From Spirochaetia bacterium (GTDB lineage Bacteria; Spirochaetota; Spirochaetia; CADAEX01): 64,000 nt of DNA. The stretch is from positions 3,232,001 to 3,296,000 of the forward strand of contig OY759746.1 in NCBI GenBank assembly GCA_963662795.1. Reading direction: 5' to 3'. Shown one piece after another: positions 10,336-20,136 of the stretch. The position numbers and the translations under genes were made by a program. How positions within the stretch are numbered: the first letter of the stretch is position 1; the number at the start of each line of letters is the position of its first letter. The notes below the pieces were generated by a model, which was given only the letters and a program-made list of their open reading frames with translations, made no database searches and was not told the origin of the DNA.

Positions 10336-11035
10336 ATACAGTAATCTGCTGCATTCCATGAAATTCCCGGGGACAGATGTACCGGGTGCTTTTCTGACAA
10401 AATCCTCTTCAGGCGATATGGGAAGAAACAGCCTGCCTGCAAATAAGAACCGCCTTGAAATCATGAATCTGCTCGGAATAAAGGATCTTGTAACCCTCAA
10501 TCAGAATCATACACGGATAGTCTTTACTGCTGATGAAATTGCCGGTCTGACAAATGTTACAGGTGACGGTCTGATAACGGCAGGGCGGGAAACGCTTGCG
10601 GTAACGGTTGCGGACTGTCTGCCCATTTTCCTTTTTGACGGGGTAAAAAAAGTGTACGGCATTGTCCATTCAGGATGGAAAGGGACAGGGATTGCTGTAA
10701 ATGCTTTAAGGAAAATGGGAAAAGAGTATGGATCAAGGGCTTCAGATATCAGCGTTATTATCGGCCCCTCAATAGGGAAATGCTGCTATGAGGTGGACAG
10801 GGAGAGGGCGGAAAACTTTGCTTCTGAATGGGGCAGCGATTCAGTTGTCCACAACGGATCACATTTTTTTCTTGACCTGCAGAAAGCCAACCTGACAGCA
10901 CTTACCGCGGAAGGGATAAAGACTATCGAAATTGCAGATGCATGTACCTGCTGCGGCAGCGGGTTTTACTCATACAGAAGGGACGGGGCCAAAGAATTTT
11001 CTCTTATGCTTGCACTAATCGGCTATTTTGGATAA
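10328..11035 (+). CDS. pgeF: PgeF/YfiH family (purine nucleoside phosphorylase / laccase-domain) protein
   Basis: Q.H, DGLIT, VADCLPI, HSGWKG, GPSIGKCCYEV, FYSYRR motifs; start placed at the ATG overlapping the upstream stop. Confidence 0.88.
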   Translation: MNEYSNLLHSMKFPGTDVPGAFLTKSSSGDMGRNSLPANKNRLEIMNLLGIKDLVTLNQNHTRIVFTADEIAGLTNVTGDGLITAGRETLAVTVADCLPIFLFDGVKKVYGIVHSGWKGTGIAVNALRKMGKEYGSRASDISVIIGPSIGKCCYEVDRERAENFASEWGSDSVVHNGSHFFLDLQKANLTALTAEGIKTIEIADACTCCGSGFYSYRRDGAKEFSLMLALIGYFG

Positions 11036-11044
11036 TTTATTCTC

Positions 11045-12781
11045 ATGAAAGATATCAAAGTGCAGCTCCAGAAAAAAGTTTATAAAGCTATAAAAAAAAT
11101 AGCCGGAGATAATGAAATACTCCCTGAAAATGTGATAGTTGAAAACCCACCAAAGCCGGAACTGGGCGATATAGCATTTCCCATGTTCCCCTACGCAAAG
11201 ATATTAAAAAAATCTCCTGCTTCAATTGCAGTCCTGATTTCTGACATCCTATCGGCTGATGACAATCTCAACATGTACAAACCTGAAGGCCCGTATGTCA
11301 ATATCAGACTCGGAAGGGAGAATATAACAAAGCAGACATTTTCTGATGTCGAAGAGAAAAAAGACAGATACGGATTCAATACATCAAGACAGAATGAAAA
11401 GATAATGGTCGAGTTTTCCTGCCCGAATACCAATAAGCCTCTTCATCTTGGACATCTGAGAAATGACTCGATTGGTGAAAGTATTTCAAAAATACTCGCA
11501 TTCAACGGAGCTGCCGTGTCAAAGGTCAACCTTATAAACGACAGGGGAATACATATCTGTAAATCAATGCTTGCCTACAGGGAATTCGGAGGAGGAACTA
11601 CACCTGAATCTGAAAAAATCAAAAGTGATCATTTTGTCGGAAAATACTATGTCGAGTTTGACAAGTGGCTTAAGAAAAATCCTGAGGCTGATAAAATGGC
11701 CCGTGATATGCTTCTTGCCTGGGAAAAAGGCGACCCTGAAGTTAGGGATCTCTGGACTAAAATGAATAAATGGACTGTTGACGGCATTGAAGAAACATAC
11801 AGAAAGACAGGAGTCTCCTTTGACAGGATATATTATGAAAGTCAGACATATACGGCAGGCAGGGATGAAATTCTTAAAGGGCTTGAAAAAGGGGTTTTTT
11901 ACAGGGATGAGAATAACACGGTGTGGGTTGATCTATCTGATATAAATCTGGACAAAAAAGTCCTTTTAAGGGGAGACGGAACATCGCTTTATCTTACCCA
12001 GGATATCGGGACTGCCATTGCCCGCCATAATGACTGGCCGTTCAATACACTGATTTATGTAGTAGCATCCGAACAGCAGTACCACTTTAAAGTCCTTTTC
12101 CATATACTCGGAAAACTCGGCTATGAATGGGCTGATAAGCTTTATCATCTTTCCTACGGAATGGTTAATCTTCCTGAGGGGAGAATGAAATCAAGGGAGG
12201 GCACGGTTGTGGATGCCGATGATTTAATAGCGGAATTATCCGCTCTTGCCGCCGCCGAGATAAAAAACAAGGAGAGGGAAGAAGAGGTCGGCAATATCGA
12301 TTCGACTTCGGAGAAGATTGCACTTGGAGCATTGAATTATTTTCTCCTTTCCGCGGCGCCGACAAAGGATATGATATTTAACCCGGCCGAATCACTCTCT
12401 TTTAACGGTAACACAGGCCCTTATCTGCAATATATGGGAGCAAGAATCAGCAGCATATTGAGAAAATACGGAAACACGGAAGAGCTTAAAAAGGTGGATC
12501 TAAGCCTTCTGAGCCTTGACGATGAATGGGAAATCATAAAACTTATCCATATTTTTCCTGAGACAGTAGAAGAGGCTGGACGGGAACTGAACCCATCCCT
12601 GCTTGCCTCCTATATTTATGAGCTGGCAAAAAAATTCAGTAAATATTACCATGATTATCCTGTGCTTAATAACGAGAATAAGTCACTTGTAGGCGCAAGG
12701 GCAGCTCTTTGCAGCGCGGTAAGGCAGGTTTTCGAGAACTGTTTCAGCCTTATCGGCATACCTTATCTTGATGCCATGTGA
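11045..12781 (+). CDS. argS: Arginine--tRNA ligase
   Basis: EFSCPNTNKPLHLGHLRN, MKSREG, GNTGPYLQY, C-terminal M. Confidence 0.96.
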   Translation: MKDIKVQLQKKVYKAIKKIAGDNEILPENVIVENPPKPELGDIAFPMFPYAKILKKSPASIAVLISDILSADDNLNMYKPEGPYVNIRLGRENITKQTFSDVEEKKDRYGFNTSRQNEKIMVEFSCPNTNKPLHLGHLRNDSIGESISKILAFNGAAVSKVNLINDRGIHICKSMLAYREFGGGTTPESEKIKSDHFVGKYYVEFDKWLKKNPEADKMARDMLLAWEKGDPEVRDLWTKMNKWTVDGIEETYRKTGVSFDRIYYESQTYTAGRDEILKGLEKGVFYRDENNTVWVDLSDINLDKKVLLRGDGTSLYLTQDIGTAIARHNDWPFNTLIYVVASEQQYHFKVLFHILGKLGYEWADKLYHLSYGMVNLPEGRMKSREGTVVDADDLIAELSALAAAEIKNKEREEEVGNIDSTSEKIALGALNYFLLSAAPTKDMIFNPAESLSFNGNTGPYLQYMGARISSILRKYGNTEELKKVDLSLLSLDDEWEIIKLIHIFPETVEEAGRELNPSLLASYIYELAKKFSKYYHDYPVLNNENKSLVGARAALCSAVRQVFENCFSLIGIPYLDAM

Positions 12782-12865
12782 TAATTTAAAAATCTGCTCC
12801 TATTGACCAGTCCTGATTATTATGATATATCAATATACTGAAATTCAGTATATGGTGGGAAAAAA

Positions 12866-13183
12866 ATGTACGCACTGGTAGAAATCAAAGGTAAGCAGTA
12901 TAAAGCAGAAAAAGGTTCTGTTTTAAGAATCGACAGAGTAGAGCTGGAAAAGGGAAATGAACTGGAATTTGACAAGGTATTGATGCTTAGAGGCGATAAG
13001 GATGATATAAAAATTGGAATGCCTTATCTTGCAGGCGTTAAAGTTCAGGCAGTAGTTGAAGATCAGATCAGGGATAAAAAAGTAGTTGTATTTAAATACA
13101 AGAAAAGAAAAAACTACAGAAGAACAAAAGGGCACAAACAGCCCTATACAATGATTAAAGTCAGCGAAATTACAGGTGCCTGA
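12866..13183 (+). CDS. rplU: 50S ribosomal protein L21
   Basis: MYALVEIKGKQYK ... FKYKKRKNYRRTKGHKQPYT. Confidence 0.97.
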   Translation: MYALVEIKGKQYKAEKGSVLRIDRVELEKGNELEFDKVLMLRGDKDDIKIGMPYLAGVKVQAVVEDQIRDKKVVVFKYKKRKNYRRTKGHKQPYTMIKVSEITGA

Positions 13184-13195
13184 GGAGGCATAATT

Positions 13196-13561
13196 ATCCT
13201 TGAAATAACGGTATGTCTTGACGGCAGCAGGATATTAAAGTCTGTAAATGCTTCCGGGCATGCGGGTGAGGCTGTTTCAGGTAATAACATTACCTGTGCA
13301 GCAGCTACAGTGCTCCTGAGAACAGCATACAGAACCTTATTGCTGCCTGACTTTGAGACAGAAACTGTTATTTCTGCCCCCGGCGAAGGGCGGCTATATT
13401 TTGAAATTGAAAAATACAGCAGTAATCAGATAAACCGGCTTAAAGGAATTACTGATTATCTGATCACAGGATTGAAAGATCTTGCGGCTGAATATCCCGG
13501 AGAGATTAAATTGCAGGAAAAATCAGCAGATGAAAAACCTGGAAAATCAAGGAGTCGATAA
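13196..13561 (+). CDS. prp: Ribosomal-processing cysteine protease Prp (YsxB/DUF464) homolog, probably with a non-canonical ATC/ATT start
   Basis: Frame upstream of the track's GTG encodes [18 protein letters not shown] (catalytic His/Cys motifs); sits between rplU and rpmA; GGAGG at 13184-13188. Confidence 0.8.
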   Translation: MLEITVCLDGSRILKSVNASGHAGEAVSGNNITCAAATVLLRTAYRTLLLPDFETETVISAPGEGRLYFEIEKYSSNQINRLKGITDYLITGLKDLAAEYPGEIKLQEKSADEKPGKSRSR

Positions 13562-13812
13562 TGGCACATAAAAAAGGCGGCGGAAGCTCAAAAAACGGAA
13601 GAGATTCCAATTCACAAAGGCTGGGTATTAAAAGGTCAGGCGGACAGGTTGTTAAAGCCGGGACTATTATAGTCAGACAGCGCGGAACAAAATATCACCC
13701 CGGGATTAATGTCGGTCTCGGAACAGATTATACAATATTTGCGAAAGAAGACGGCAAGATTGTATTCAGTGACAAAAAAGGCAAAAAGGTAATTTCTGTA
13801 GAAACCCTTTAG
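13561..13812 (+). CDS. rpmA: 50S ribosomal protein L27
   Basis: [22 protein letters not shown]. Confidence 0.97.
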   Translation: MAHKKGGGSSKNGRDSNSQRLGIKRSGGQVVKAGTIIVRQRGTKYHPGINVGLGTDYTIFAKEDGKIVFSDKKGKKVISVETL

Positions 13813-13822
13813 CAGGAGATTC

Positions 13823-14884
13823 GTGCGCGGTTTTATTGATGAAACAATTATAGAGGTCAGATCCGGAAACGGAGGACCTGGAAGTGTATCTTTTAGAAGG
13901 GAAAAGTATGTCCCCAGAGGCGGCCCTGACGGCGGAGACGGCGGAAAAGGGGGAAATGTTGTTTTCAGGGTAAAGAATAACCTTAAAACACTCTCCGGCC
14001 TCAGGTACAAAAGATTTTTTAATGCTGAAAACGGTAAACGCGGGGCTGCCAATAAAAAACATGGCCGGGATGGCCTGGATGCGGTTATCGAAGTCCCTCC
14101 CGGAACAATTATAAAAAATCCTGATACCGATGAACTAATTAAAGATCTCACAGAACTCTCCCATGAAGAAGAATGGGTTTTCCTTAAAGGGGGCAAGGGC
14201 GGCCTTGGAAATTCCAATTTTGCCACTTCAAGAAAACAGACTCCCCATTATGCCCAGCCGGGTTTGACAGGAGCGGAGAGAAAAATAAAAGTAGAGCTGA
14301 ATATTATTGCGGATATTGGATTTGTCGGTTATCCTAATGCTGGCAAATCAAGCCTCCTTGAACGCCTTACAAATGCGCATCCCAGGATAGCAAGCTATGC
14401 TTTTACTACAAAAATACCAAACCTCGGCGTTTACAGACTTGGAGAACAGGATCTTATTCTTGCGGATATTCCCGGAATAATTGAAGGTGCTTCAGGCGGC
14501 GCCGGGCTGGGACTGAGATTTCTCAAGCATATCAGCAGAACAAGAGGGCTTTTGTTTCTGATTGATCTGACGGATGAGAATTATCTTGAAAGTTTTCCCA
14601 TCCTCCTGAATGAGCTTAAGACATTTTCCAGTGAACTGGCATCAAGAAAAAGAGTCATTCTCGGCACTAAAATGGATGTTGAAGGAACAGAGGAAGCACT
14701 TGAAAAACTTGCTGAAAAATACAAAGAGGAAGAGGTCGTCGGAATATCTGTATTTTCAGGAAAGGGAATTGACGGGTTTAACAAATTATTCTATTCCATG
14801 TTAAGCGGAATTGAGGAAAATGAAAATTCGGCTGAAATAACTAAATCCGGCGGCTTTGATATTGAAGAAAAAAGTTCCTCATGA
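13823..14884 (+). CDS. obgE: GTPase ObgE
   Basis: FRREKYVPRGGPDGGDGG, GYPNAGKS, DIPGIIEGA. Confidence 0.96.
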   Translation: MRGFIDETIIEVRSGNGGPGSVSFRREKYVPRGGPDGGDGGKGGNVVFRVKNNLKTLSGLRYKRFFNAENGKRGAANKKHGRDGLDAVIEVPPGTIIKNPDTDELIKDLTELSHEEEWVFLKGGKGGLGNSNFATSRKQTPHYAQPGLTGAERKIKVELNIIADIGFVGYPNAGKSSLLERLTNAHPRIASYAFTTKIPNLGVYRLGEQDLILADIPGIIEGASGGAGLGLRFLKHISRTRGLLFLIDLTDENYLESFPILLNELKTFSSELASRKRVILGTKMDVEGTEEALEKLAEKYKEEEVVGISVFSGKGIDGFNKLFYSMLSGIEENENSAEITKSGGFDIEEKSSS

Positions 14885-15450
14885 AACTGATTGTCTTCGG
14901 CGGAAGTTTTAATCCCCTTCACACAGGCCACCTTTTCATTGCTGAAGAAACCCGGAATGAGCTGGGCTATGATAAAGTTTTGTTTGTCCCATCCAATATT
15001 TCATCCCATAAGGATGATTTTACCGGATTAAGTCCGCAAATACGGCTTGAAATGCTTGAAGAGGGTTTAAAGAATTATGATTATTTCATGATTGATACCT
15101 GTGATATTGACCGGGGCGGAATATCCTGGTCAATTGATACAATCGAACATGTTTACCGGAATTATTCTTTTTCAGGAAAACCGGGATTTATTATAGGCGA
15201 TGATCTTCTGGAAGGATTTAAAAGCTGGAGAAATGTTGAAAAGTTGAGAAGTCTTATTGACCTTGTAGTGGTAAAAAGGAATTCCATTAAAAAAATAGAT
15301 TCAGACCTGCCTGATTACTATATTGATAACTCAATACTTCCCGTATCGTCAACAGAAATAAGAAACAGGGTGAAGCTTGGGAAGACAATCAGGCATCTTG
15401 TACCTGAATCTGTAAGATTAAAGATATTGCAAAATGGTTATTACAGATAG
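14881..15450 (+). CDS. nadD: Nicotinate-nucleotide adenylyltransferase
   Basis: FGGSFNPLHTGH, SSTEIR. Confidence 0.93.
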   Translation: MKLIVFGGSFNPLHTGHLFIAEETRNELGYDKVLFVPSNISSHKDDFTGLSPQIRLEMLEEGLKNYDYFMIDTCDIDRGGISWSIDTIEHVYRNYSFSGKPGFIIGDDLLEGFKSWRNVEKLRSLIDLVVVKRNSIKKIDSDLPDYYIDNSILPVSSTEIRNRVKLGKTIRHLVPESVRLKILQNGYYR

Positions 15451-16018
15451 TTTATTGAATCAGATCGACAGTTATATTAAGGAAAACCTTTCTGAAAAAC
15501 GGTACAGGCATTCTGTATCTACTGCTGTTACAGCAGAGCAGCTGTGCCGTATATTTTCTCTTGACAGCAGAAAAGGATACCTCGCAGGTCTTCTTCATGA
15601 TATAGCGCGTGAGCTTGATATTGAAAAATTAACAAGCCTCTCGCTTAAAAACGGTGGAGCCATAAGGGATTCAGAAAAAAAACACCCGGTTCTTCTTCAC
15701 GGCCGTGCAGGCGCGGAAATGGTTAAAGAGCTTTTTAAAATAACTGACACGGAAATCCTCGATGCGGTAAGTCATCATACAACCGGAAATAAAGGAATGA
15801 GCAGCCTTGCAAAGGTAATTTTCATTGCTGACTATATTGAACCTTACCGGACTCATATTACACAGGAATATTTAAGCAGTCTTAAAGGTAAATCACTGGA
15901 CAGCATGCTGAAAATTGTTTTAAATTCGATTCTTGAATATATCAGGGAAGAATCGATGATGGTTTCTGAAATATCCCTTGAATTGCTGAAGGAGCTTGAA
16001 AATGAGAGGAAAGAATAA
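15434..16018 (+). CDS. yqeK: HD-domain Ap4A hydrolase YqeK
   Basis: RYRHS, LLHDIA, LLHG, HHTTG, ADYIEP; nadD-linked. Confidence 0.88.
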   Translation: MVITDSLLNQIDSYIKENLSEKRYRHSVSTAVTAEQLCRIFSLDSRKGYLAGLLHDIARELDIEKLTSLSLKNGGAIRDSEKKHPVLLHGRAGAEMVKELFKITDTEILDAVSHHTTGNKGMSSLAKVIFIADYIEPYRTHITQEYLSSLKGKSLDSMLKIVLNSILEYIREESMMVSEISLELLKELENERKE

Positions 16019-17216
16019 AATCCTGAACCGTAATACATTTTTTCTTACTCTTATCCTGCTTGTCTTTATAGTTACCGGGTTTTTTGTCTACAGGCAGCTA
16101 AAATCAGATGATTTTATGCTGAAACTTGAAAAAAATGAATATATTGCAGTAAGCTTCAATGTCCAGAGAGATCAGAAGCTGATGTTTTCGGAATTAATTA
16201 TATTTAGTCCAAAAACACATAAGGCTGCAATCTTCAATATTCCCGGAAATTACGGCTCCATAATAGAGTCCCTTTCAAGGATTGAAAGACTGGATATCCT
16301 GTTTGATTTTAAAAAACCTGACAGGATGATTAAAAAAATTGAAAACATAACTGATATTAAAATTGATTATTTTGTAAATATTGATTCGGAAAATCTGGTC
16401 AAGGCTGTTGATATGCTGTCCGGCCTGGAAATGTTTATAGCAAATCCAGTCGAAATTATTAATGATAAAGAGATTGTCATGCTCCCTTCCGGAAGCAGCA
16501 ATCTTGATGGAGAAAAAATACTTACCTTCCTTTATGCAGAAACACTTGATGAAAATGACCCGGATCTTATAGGACGATGGCATAAGTTTGTACAGGGATT
16601 TCTCAAAAAAACCGGTGAGAAATCAGATTACCTGTCAGACAAGGAAATATTCGGAAAATATTTTTCCTGGTTTACAACAGATATGAACAAGGAATCTTTC
16701 AAGACATTTATCCATCAGATAAAAATGCTTGACAGTGAAAGAATGATACTTCAGAGAATACTTGGAGACAGAAAGAAGATAGATGACCAGGTACTCCTGT
16801 TTCCATATTATAACGGCAATCTTTTGAGGGAGACAATCAAACAGACTCTCTCATCAGTATCGAGCGAAGATATAATCAGCGATGAAGAGCTTAATGTTGT
16901 TGTAGAAATACTTAACGGAACAAATATTCCGGGCATGGCAGGAAGAACAGCCCATTTTTTTACCAATCTTGGATATGATGTAATTTCCACTAAAAATGCG
17001 GATAGAAATGATTATGAAAAGACACTGGTAATTGCAAACGGAGTAAATCCTGCAGCAGCCCAGAAAGCCGCAAATATTATCCGCTGCAACAATATAGAAT
17101 CAGGCAATGAAAGAATTGAAATAACAACCGATAATGAAAATAACTATAACCCGGGGAATAAAATTGATGTAACTATCATCCTGGGGAAGGATTTTGATGG
17201 AAGATATTGCAAATAG
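16002..17216 (+). CDS. LCP family protein with LytR C-terminal domain
   Basis: N-terminal TM helix, NLDGEK, VEILNGTNIPGMA and VTIILGKDF. Confidence 0.8.
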   Translation: MRGKNKILNRNTFFLTLILLVFIVTGFFVYRQLKSDDFMLKLEKNEYIAVSFNVQRDQKLMFSELIIFSPKTHKAAIFNIPGNYGSIIESLSRIERLDILFDFKKPDRMIKKIENITDIKIDYFVNIDSENLVKAVDMLSGLEMFIANPVEIINDKEIVMLPSGSSNLDGEKILTFLYAETLDENDPDLIGRWHKFVQGFLKKTGEKSDYLSDKEIFGKYFSWFTTDMNKESFKTFIHQIKMLDSERMILQRILGDRKKIDDQVLLFPYYNGNLLRETIKQTLSSVSSEDIISDEELNVVVEILNGTNIPGMAGRTAHFFTNLGYDVISTKNADRNDYEKTLVIANGVNPAAAQKAANIIRCNNIESGNERIEITTDNENNYNPGNKIDVTIILGKDFDGRYCK

Positions 17217-17568
17217 GAAAGAAAAAGTACTTAAAATCGCCCAATTTATTGACGAACTAAAGGCACAGGATACAACTGTTCTTGACCTCACTAACCATGA
17301 CAGCAGCTGGACAGATTTTTTTATAATTACAACTGTAAACAGCTCTGTTCAGATGAAAGGTATTTATAAAAAATTACAGGCTGAGCTTGAAGTCCAAAAA
17401 ATTGAGCCCCTGTGGCGGCATAAAAGAATTGATAACGATAAATGGGTTTTAATAGATTGTGAATATTTTGTCATTCACCTTATGGACCGGGAAAGCAGGG
17501 ATTTTTATGAACTTGAAAAACTATGGTTTAACAGCGAAATGATTTATCAATCATCAAAATCATCATAG
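17197..17568 (+). CDS. rsfS: Ribosome silencing factor
   Basis: KAQD..VLDL, DFFII, WVLID, RDFYELEKLW. Confidence 0.92.
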   Translation: MEDIANRKEKVLKIAQFIDELKAQDTTVLDLTNHDSSWTDFFIITTVNSSVQMKGIYKKLQAELEVQKIEPLWRHKRIDNDKWVLIDCEYFVIHLMDRESRDFYELEKLWFNSEMIYQSSKSS

Positions 17569-17879
17569 CCGAGGGAATCATCAGGCTCGAAATCATCATA
17601 CTCTTCCTCAAGAATGTCATCAGAATACCCGGATTCCTCATCTTCGGACAGCAGATCGTTTATATCCTCATCTTCATCTTCATCAGGGAATTCTTCATCA
17701 TAGTCTTCAAAATCACCTGAAAAATCATCAAAATCGCTCGTAAAATTGTCAAAATTATCGTCAAAACTGCTTCCGCCCTCATCAGAATCATCTTCAGAAT
17801 CATCCGGCTCATCCAGTGAATCGTAGACATCATCAAGTTCATCAACCGGAGAAGCCTGTAAATCTTCTTTAAATATCAT
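17547..17879 (-). CDS. Small extremely acidic (Asp/Glu-rich) hypothetical protein
   Basis: 110-aa ORF from ATG 17879 with GAAGGT RBS; about 54 D/E residues and one Lys; TTGACA at 17931-17936 on the minus strand upstream. Confidence 0.7.
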   Translation of the reverse strand: MIFKEDLQASPVDELDDVYDSLDEPDDSEDDSDEGGSSFDDNFDNFTSDFDDFSGDFEDYDEEFPDEDEDEDINDLLSEDEESGYSDDILEEEYDDFEPDDSLGYDDFDD

Positions 17880-18010
17880 GATTACCTTCTTAAATATTAT
17901 ATAGTTAAAATAAAGCCTTGAATCATATAATGTCAATAAAAAGGGCAGTATATTTTTAATGATAAATACTTATCTGAACTATTACTTTTTAGATGAAAAG
18001 AAAATATTAA

Positions 18011-18038
18011 TTGAAATTCTGGAATATTGGTCTATAAT
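18011..18038 (+). promoter_or_regulatory. Sigma70-type promoter of ispE
   Basis: TTGAAA-16nt-TATAAT. Confidence 0.6.
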
Positions 18039-18087
18039 AAAGTTTATGCTGAATGGCATGTCATTTTGAAATGAGCAGAGAGTTTAA

Positions 18088-18966
18088 ATGCCAGAAATAT
18101 TAAATATTGCTTCTTATGCGAAAATCAACCTGCACCTTGACGTTGGAAACAGGAGAAATGACGGGTTTCATAATATTAATTCAATATTTCAGGCAATTTC
18201 ATTACATGATTCTATCGATATGGATATAAATGAAAATACAGACAAGTCAGAATCCATAGATAATCTTATAGAGATAAACGGGAAATTTACCTGCGCTAAA
18301 GACAAAAACCTTATATTCAGGGCCGCATCCTCTTTTATGCTGGAATCGGGACTCCGCTTCCACGTGAAGTTCAATGTTGAAAAAGTTATTCCGGAAGGCG
18401 CAGGTCTCGGCGGGGGTTCAAGCAACGCTGCCGCTGTACTGAAAAATCTATATTCACGGTTTCCCGGAGCTGCCGGCAGCAGAACCTTAACCCCGGCAGC
18501 AGCTTCTTTAGGCAGCGATGTCCCGTTTTTTCTTGATAAAAATACTGCACTGGTATCAGGACGCGGAGAAACTATAAGCTCTGTAGACATAAAGATCCCT
18601 GAATATAAAATATTACTTGTTTATCCCGGATTTAAAGTAAATACAGCACAGGCTTACAGCTGGATAGACAGTGAAAGAAACGGTAAAGAATATAGGATTA
18701 ATGAAGTTGACCTGTCTGTACTCAGTAAGAACCCCTCAGAATGGAAATTTTTCAACTCTTTTCGAAATCCGCTTGTAGAAAGGTATGATATTTATACCAG
18801 AATATTTGCTATCTATAAAAACTATGGATCAGATTATTTTAATATTACAGGCAGCGGTTCGGCTGCTTTTGGAATTTTTTCTGATATTAAAAAACTGGAA
18901 CCGGCTTATAATGAATTAACAGGATTATGTCCTGATGTATGGATAACAGATATGATTACAGGTTAG
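18088..18966 (+). CDS. ispE: 4-diphosphocytidyl-2-C-methyl-D-erythritol kinase
   Basis: AKINLHL, KVIPEGAGLGGGSSNAA, LGSDVPFF, TGSGS. Confidence 0.94.
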   Translation: MPEILNIASYAKINLHLDVGNRRNDGFHNINSIFQAISLHDSIDMDINENTDKSESIDNLIEINGKFTCAKDKNLIFRAASSFMLESGLRFHVKFNVEKVIPEGAGLGGGSSNAAAVLKNLYSRFPGAAGSRTLTPAAASLGSDVPFFLDKNTALVSGRGETISSVDIKIPEYKILLVYPGFKVNTAQAYSWIDSERNGKEYRINEVDLSVLSKNPSEWKFFNSFRNPLVERYDIYTRIFAIYKNYGSDYFNITGSGSAAFGIFSDIKKLEPAYNELTGLCPDVWITDMITG

Positions 18967-19015
18967 CCCTGACGGAATAACTTGATTTTGAGCCATGAAC
19001 TTTAGGAGGGTTTTT

Positions 19016-19273
19016 ATGGAAATTACTGACATCAGAATACGAAAAGTGGAAGCTGGCGGAAAGTTAAAAGCTTATGTAACTGTAACTTTTGACAATTGCT
19101 TTGTTGTTCATAACCTTAAAGTTATAGACGGAAAGGGCGGAACATTTATAGCTATGCCGAGCAGAAAAACCAAAACCGGAGAGTATAAGGATGTCGCTCA
19201 CCCTATTCTTCCTGATTTCCGGTCCCAGCTGCAGGACAAAATACTTGAGGAATTCAATAAACAGGAGCCCTGA
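19016..19273 (+). CDS. spoVG: SpoVG nucleic-acid-binding protein
   Basis: [42 protein letters not shown]; AGGAGG RBS. Confidence 0.95.
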   Translation: MEITDIRIRKVEAGGKLKAYVTVTFDNCFVVHNLKVIDGKGGTFIAMPSRKTKTGEYKDVAHPILPDFRSQLQDKILEEFNKQEP

Positions 19274-19373
19274 TTTTTTTCCTGCAATTACAATGATCTG
19301 TAAAAAAAGGAATAATATAACACCGCACTATAGAAAAAAAATAAACAATAATGTAGTATGACGGGGGATTGAT

Positions 19374-19445
19374 TGGGACGTCGGCAAGTGGTAAGCCAAC
19401 GGTTTTTGGTTCCGTCAAGCGCAGGTTCGAATCCTGCCGTCCCAG
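19374..19445 (+). tRNA. tRNA-Gln (TTG)
   Basis: Acceptor TGGGACG/CGTCCCA, anticodon loop TT-TTG-GT, T arm GCAGG-TTCGAAT-CCTGC; CCA not encoded. Confidence 0.93.
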
Positions 19446-19508
19446 AAAATTAATACAGGTAAATATCCTGGAAAAAGCAAGATTTTAAATATGCGTAAGG
19501 AGAATCTG

Positions 19509-20135
19509 ATGGAAGTTAATACTCTGGAGGTAAAAACCAGAACAGCTCTAAAAAAATCTGCGAGCAAACAAGCAAGAAAAGAGGGGAATATACCGGCAGT
19601 TGTATATGGTCATGGCAGCCCCAGACATATTGTAGTCAGCGAACGTGAATTTGAAAAAAAATTCCACACAGTATCTGAAAATACAATTATTTCACTTATA
19701 GAAGCTGAAAAAAAGATCTGTGATGTCCTTATCAAGGATTATCAGGAAGATCTTAGAACTGAATCAATAAAACACATTGATTTTTTCGAAGTTGAAAGCG
19801 GTAAATTATTGAAAACCCGTGTACCTGTTGTTGTAACCGGTAATTCAATCGGTGTTAAAGCAGGTGGTCTTATGGAACAGCTTGTTCATGACATCGATGT
19901 GGAATGTCTTCCTGTAAATATACCTGAGAAAATTATTATTAATATCGATGCGCTTGATATCGGTAAGTCAATTCACTTAAAGGATATTGATAAAATTGCC
20001 AATGTAAAATTTACCGGTCTGGAAGATACTGTAATTGTTCATGTTGTTCATGCAAAAGCAGTAGTTGAAGAGGTACCGGAAGAAGAAGAAGTTGAAGGTG
20101 CAGTGGCGGCAGAAGAAACAGCCAAGGAAGAATAA
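19509..20135 (+). CDS. rplY: 50S ribosomal protein L25 (CTC type)
   Basis: R.EG.IPAVVYG, HIDF, acidic tail; AAGGAG RBS. Confidence 0.94.
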   Translation: MEVNTLEVKTRTALKKSASKQARKEGNIPAVVYGHGSPRHIVVSEREFEKKFHTVSENTIISLIEAEKKICDVLIKDYQEDLRTESIKHIDFFEVESGKLLKTRVPVVVTGNSIGVKAGGLMEQLVHDIDVECLPVNIPEKIIINIDALDIGKSIHLKDIDKIANVKFTGLEDTVIVHVVHAKAVVEEVPEEEEVEGAVAAEETAKEE

Positions 20136-20136
20136 A

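Noticed and set aside
13310-13561. 83-aa ORF with GTG start as given in the track
   Set aside because: It omits the in-frame catalytic GHA and CAA motifs upstream
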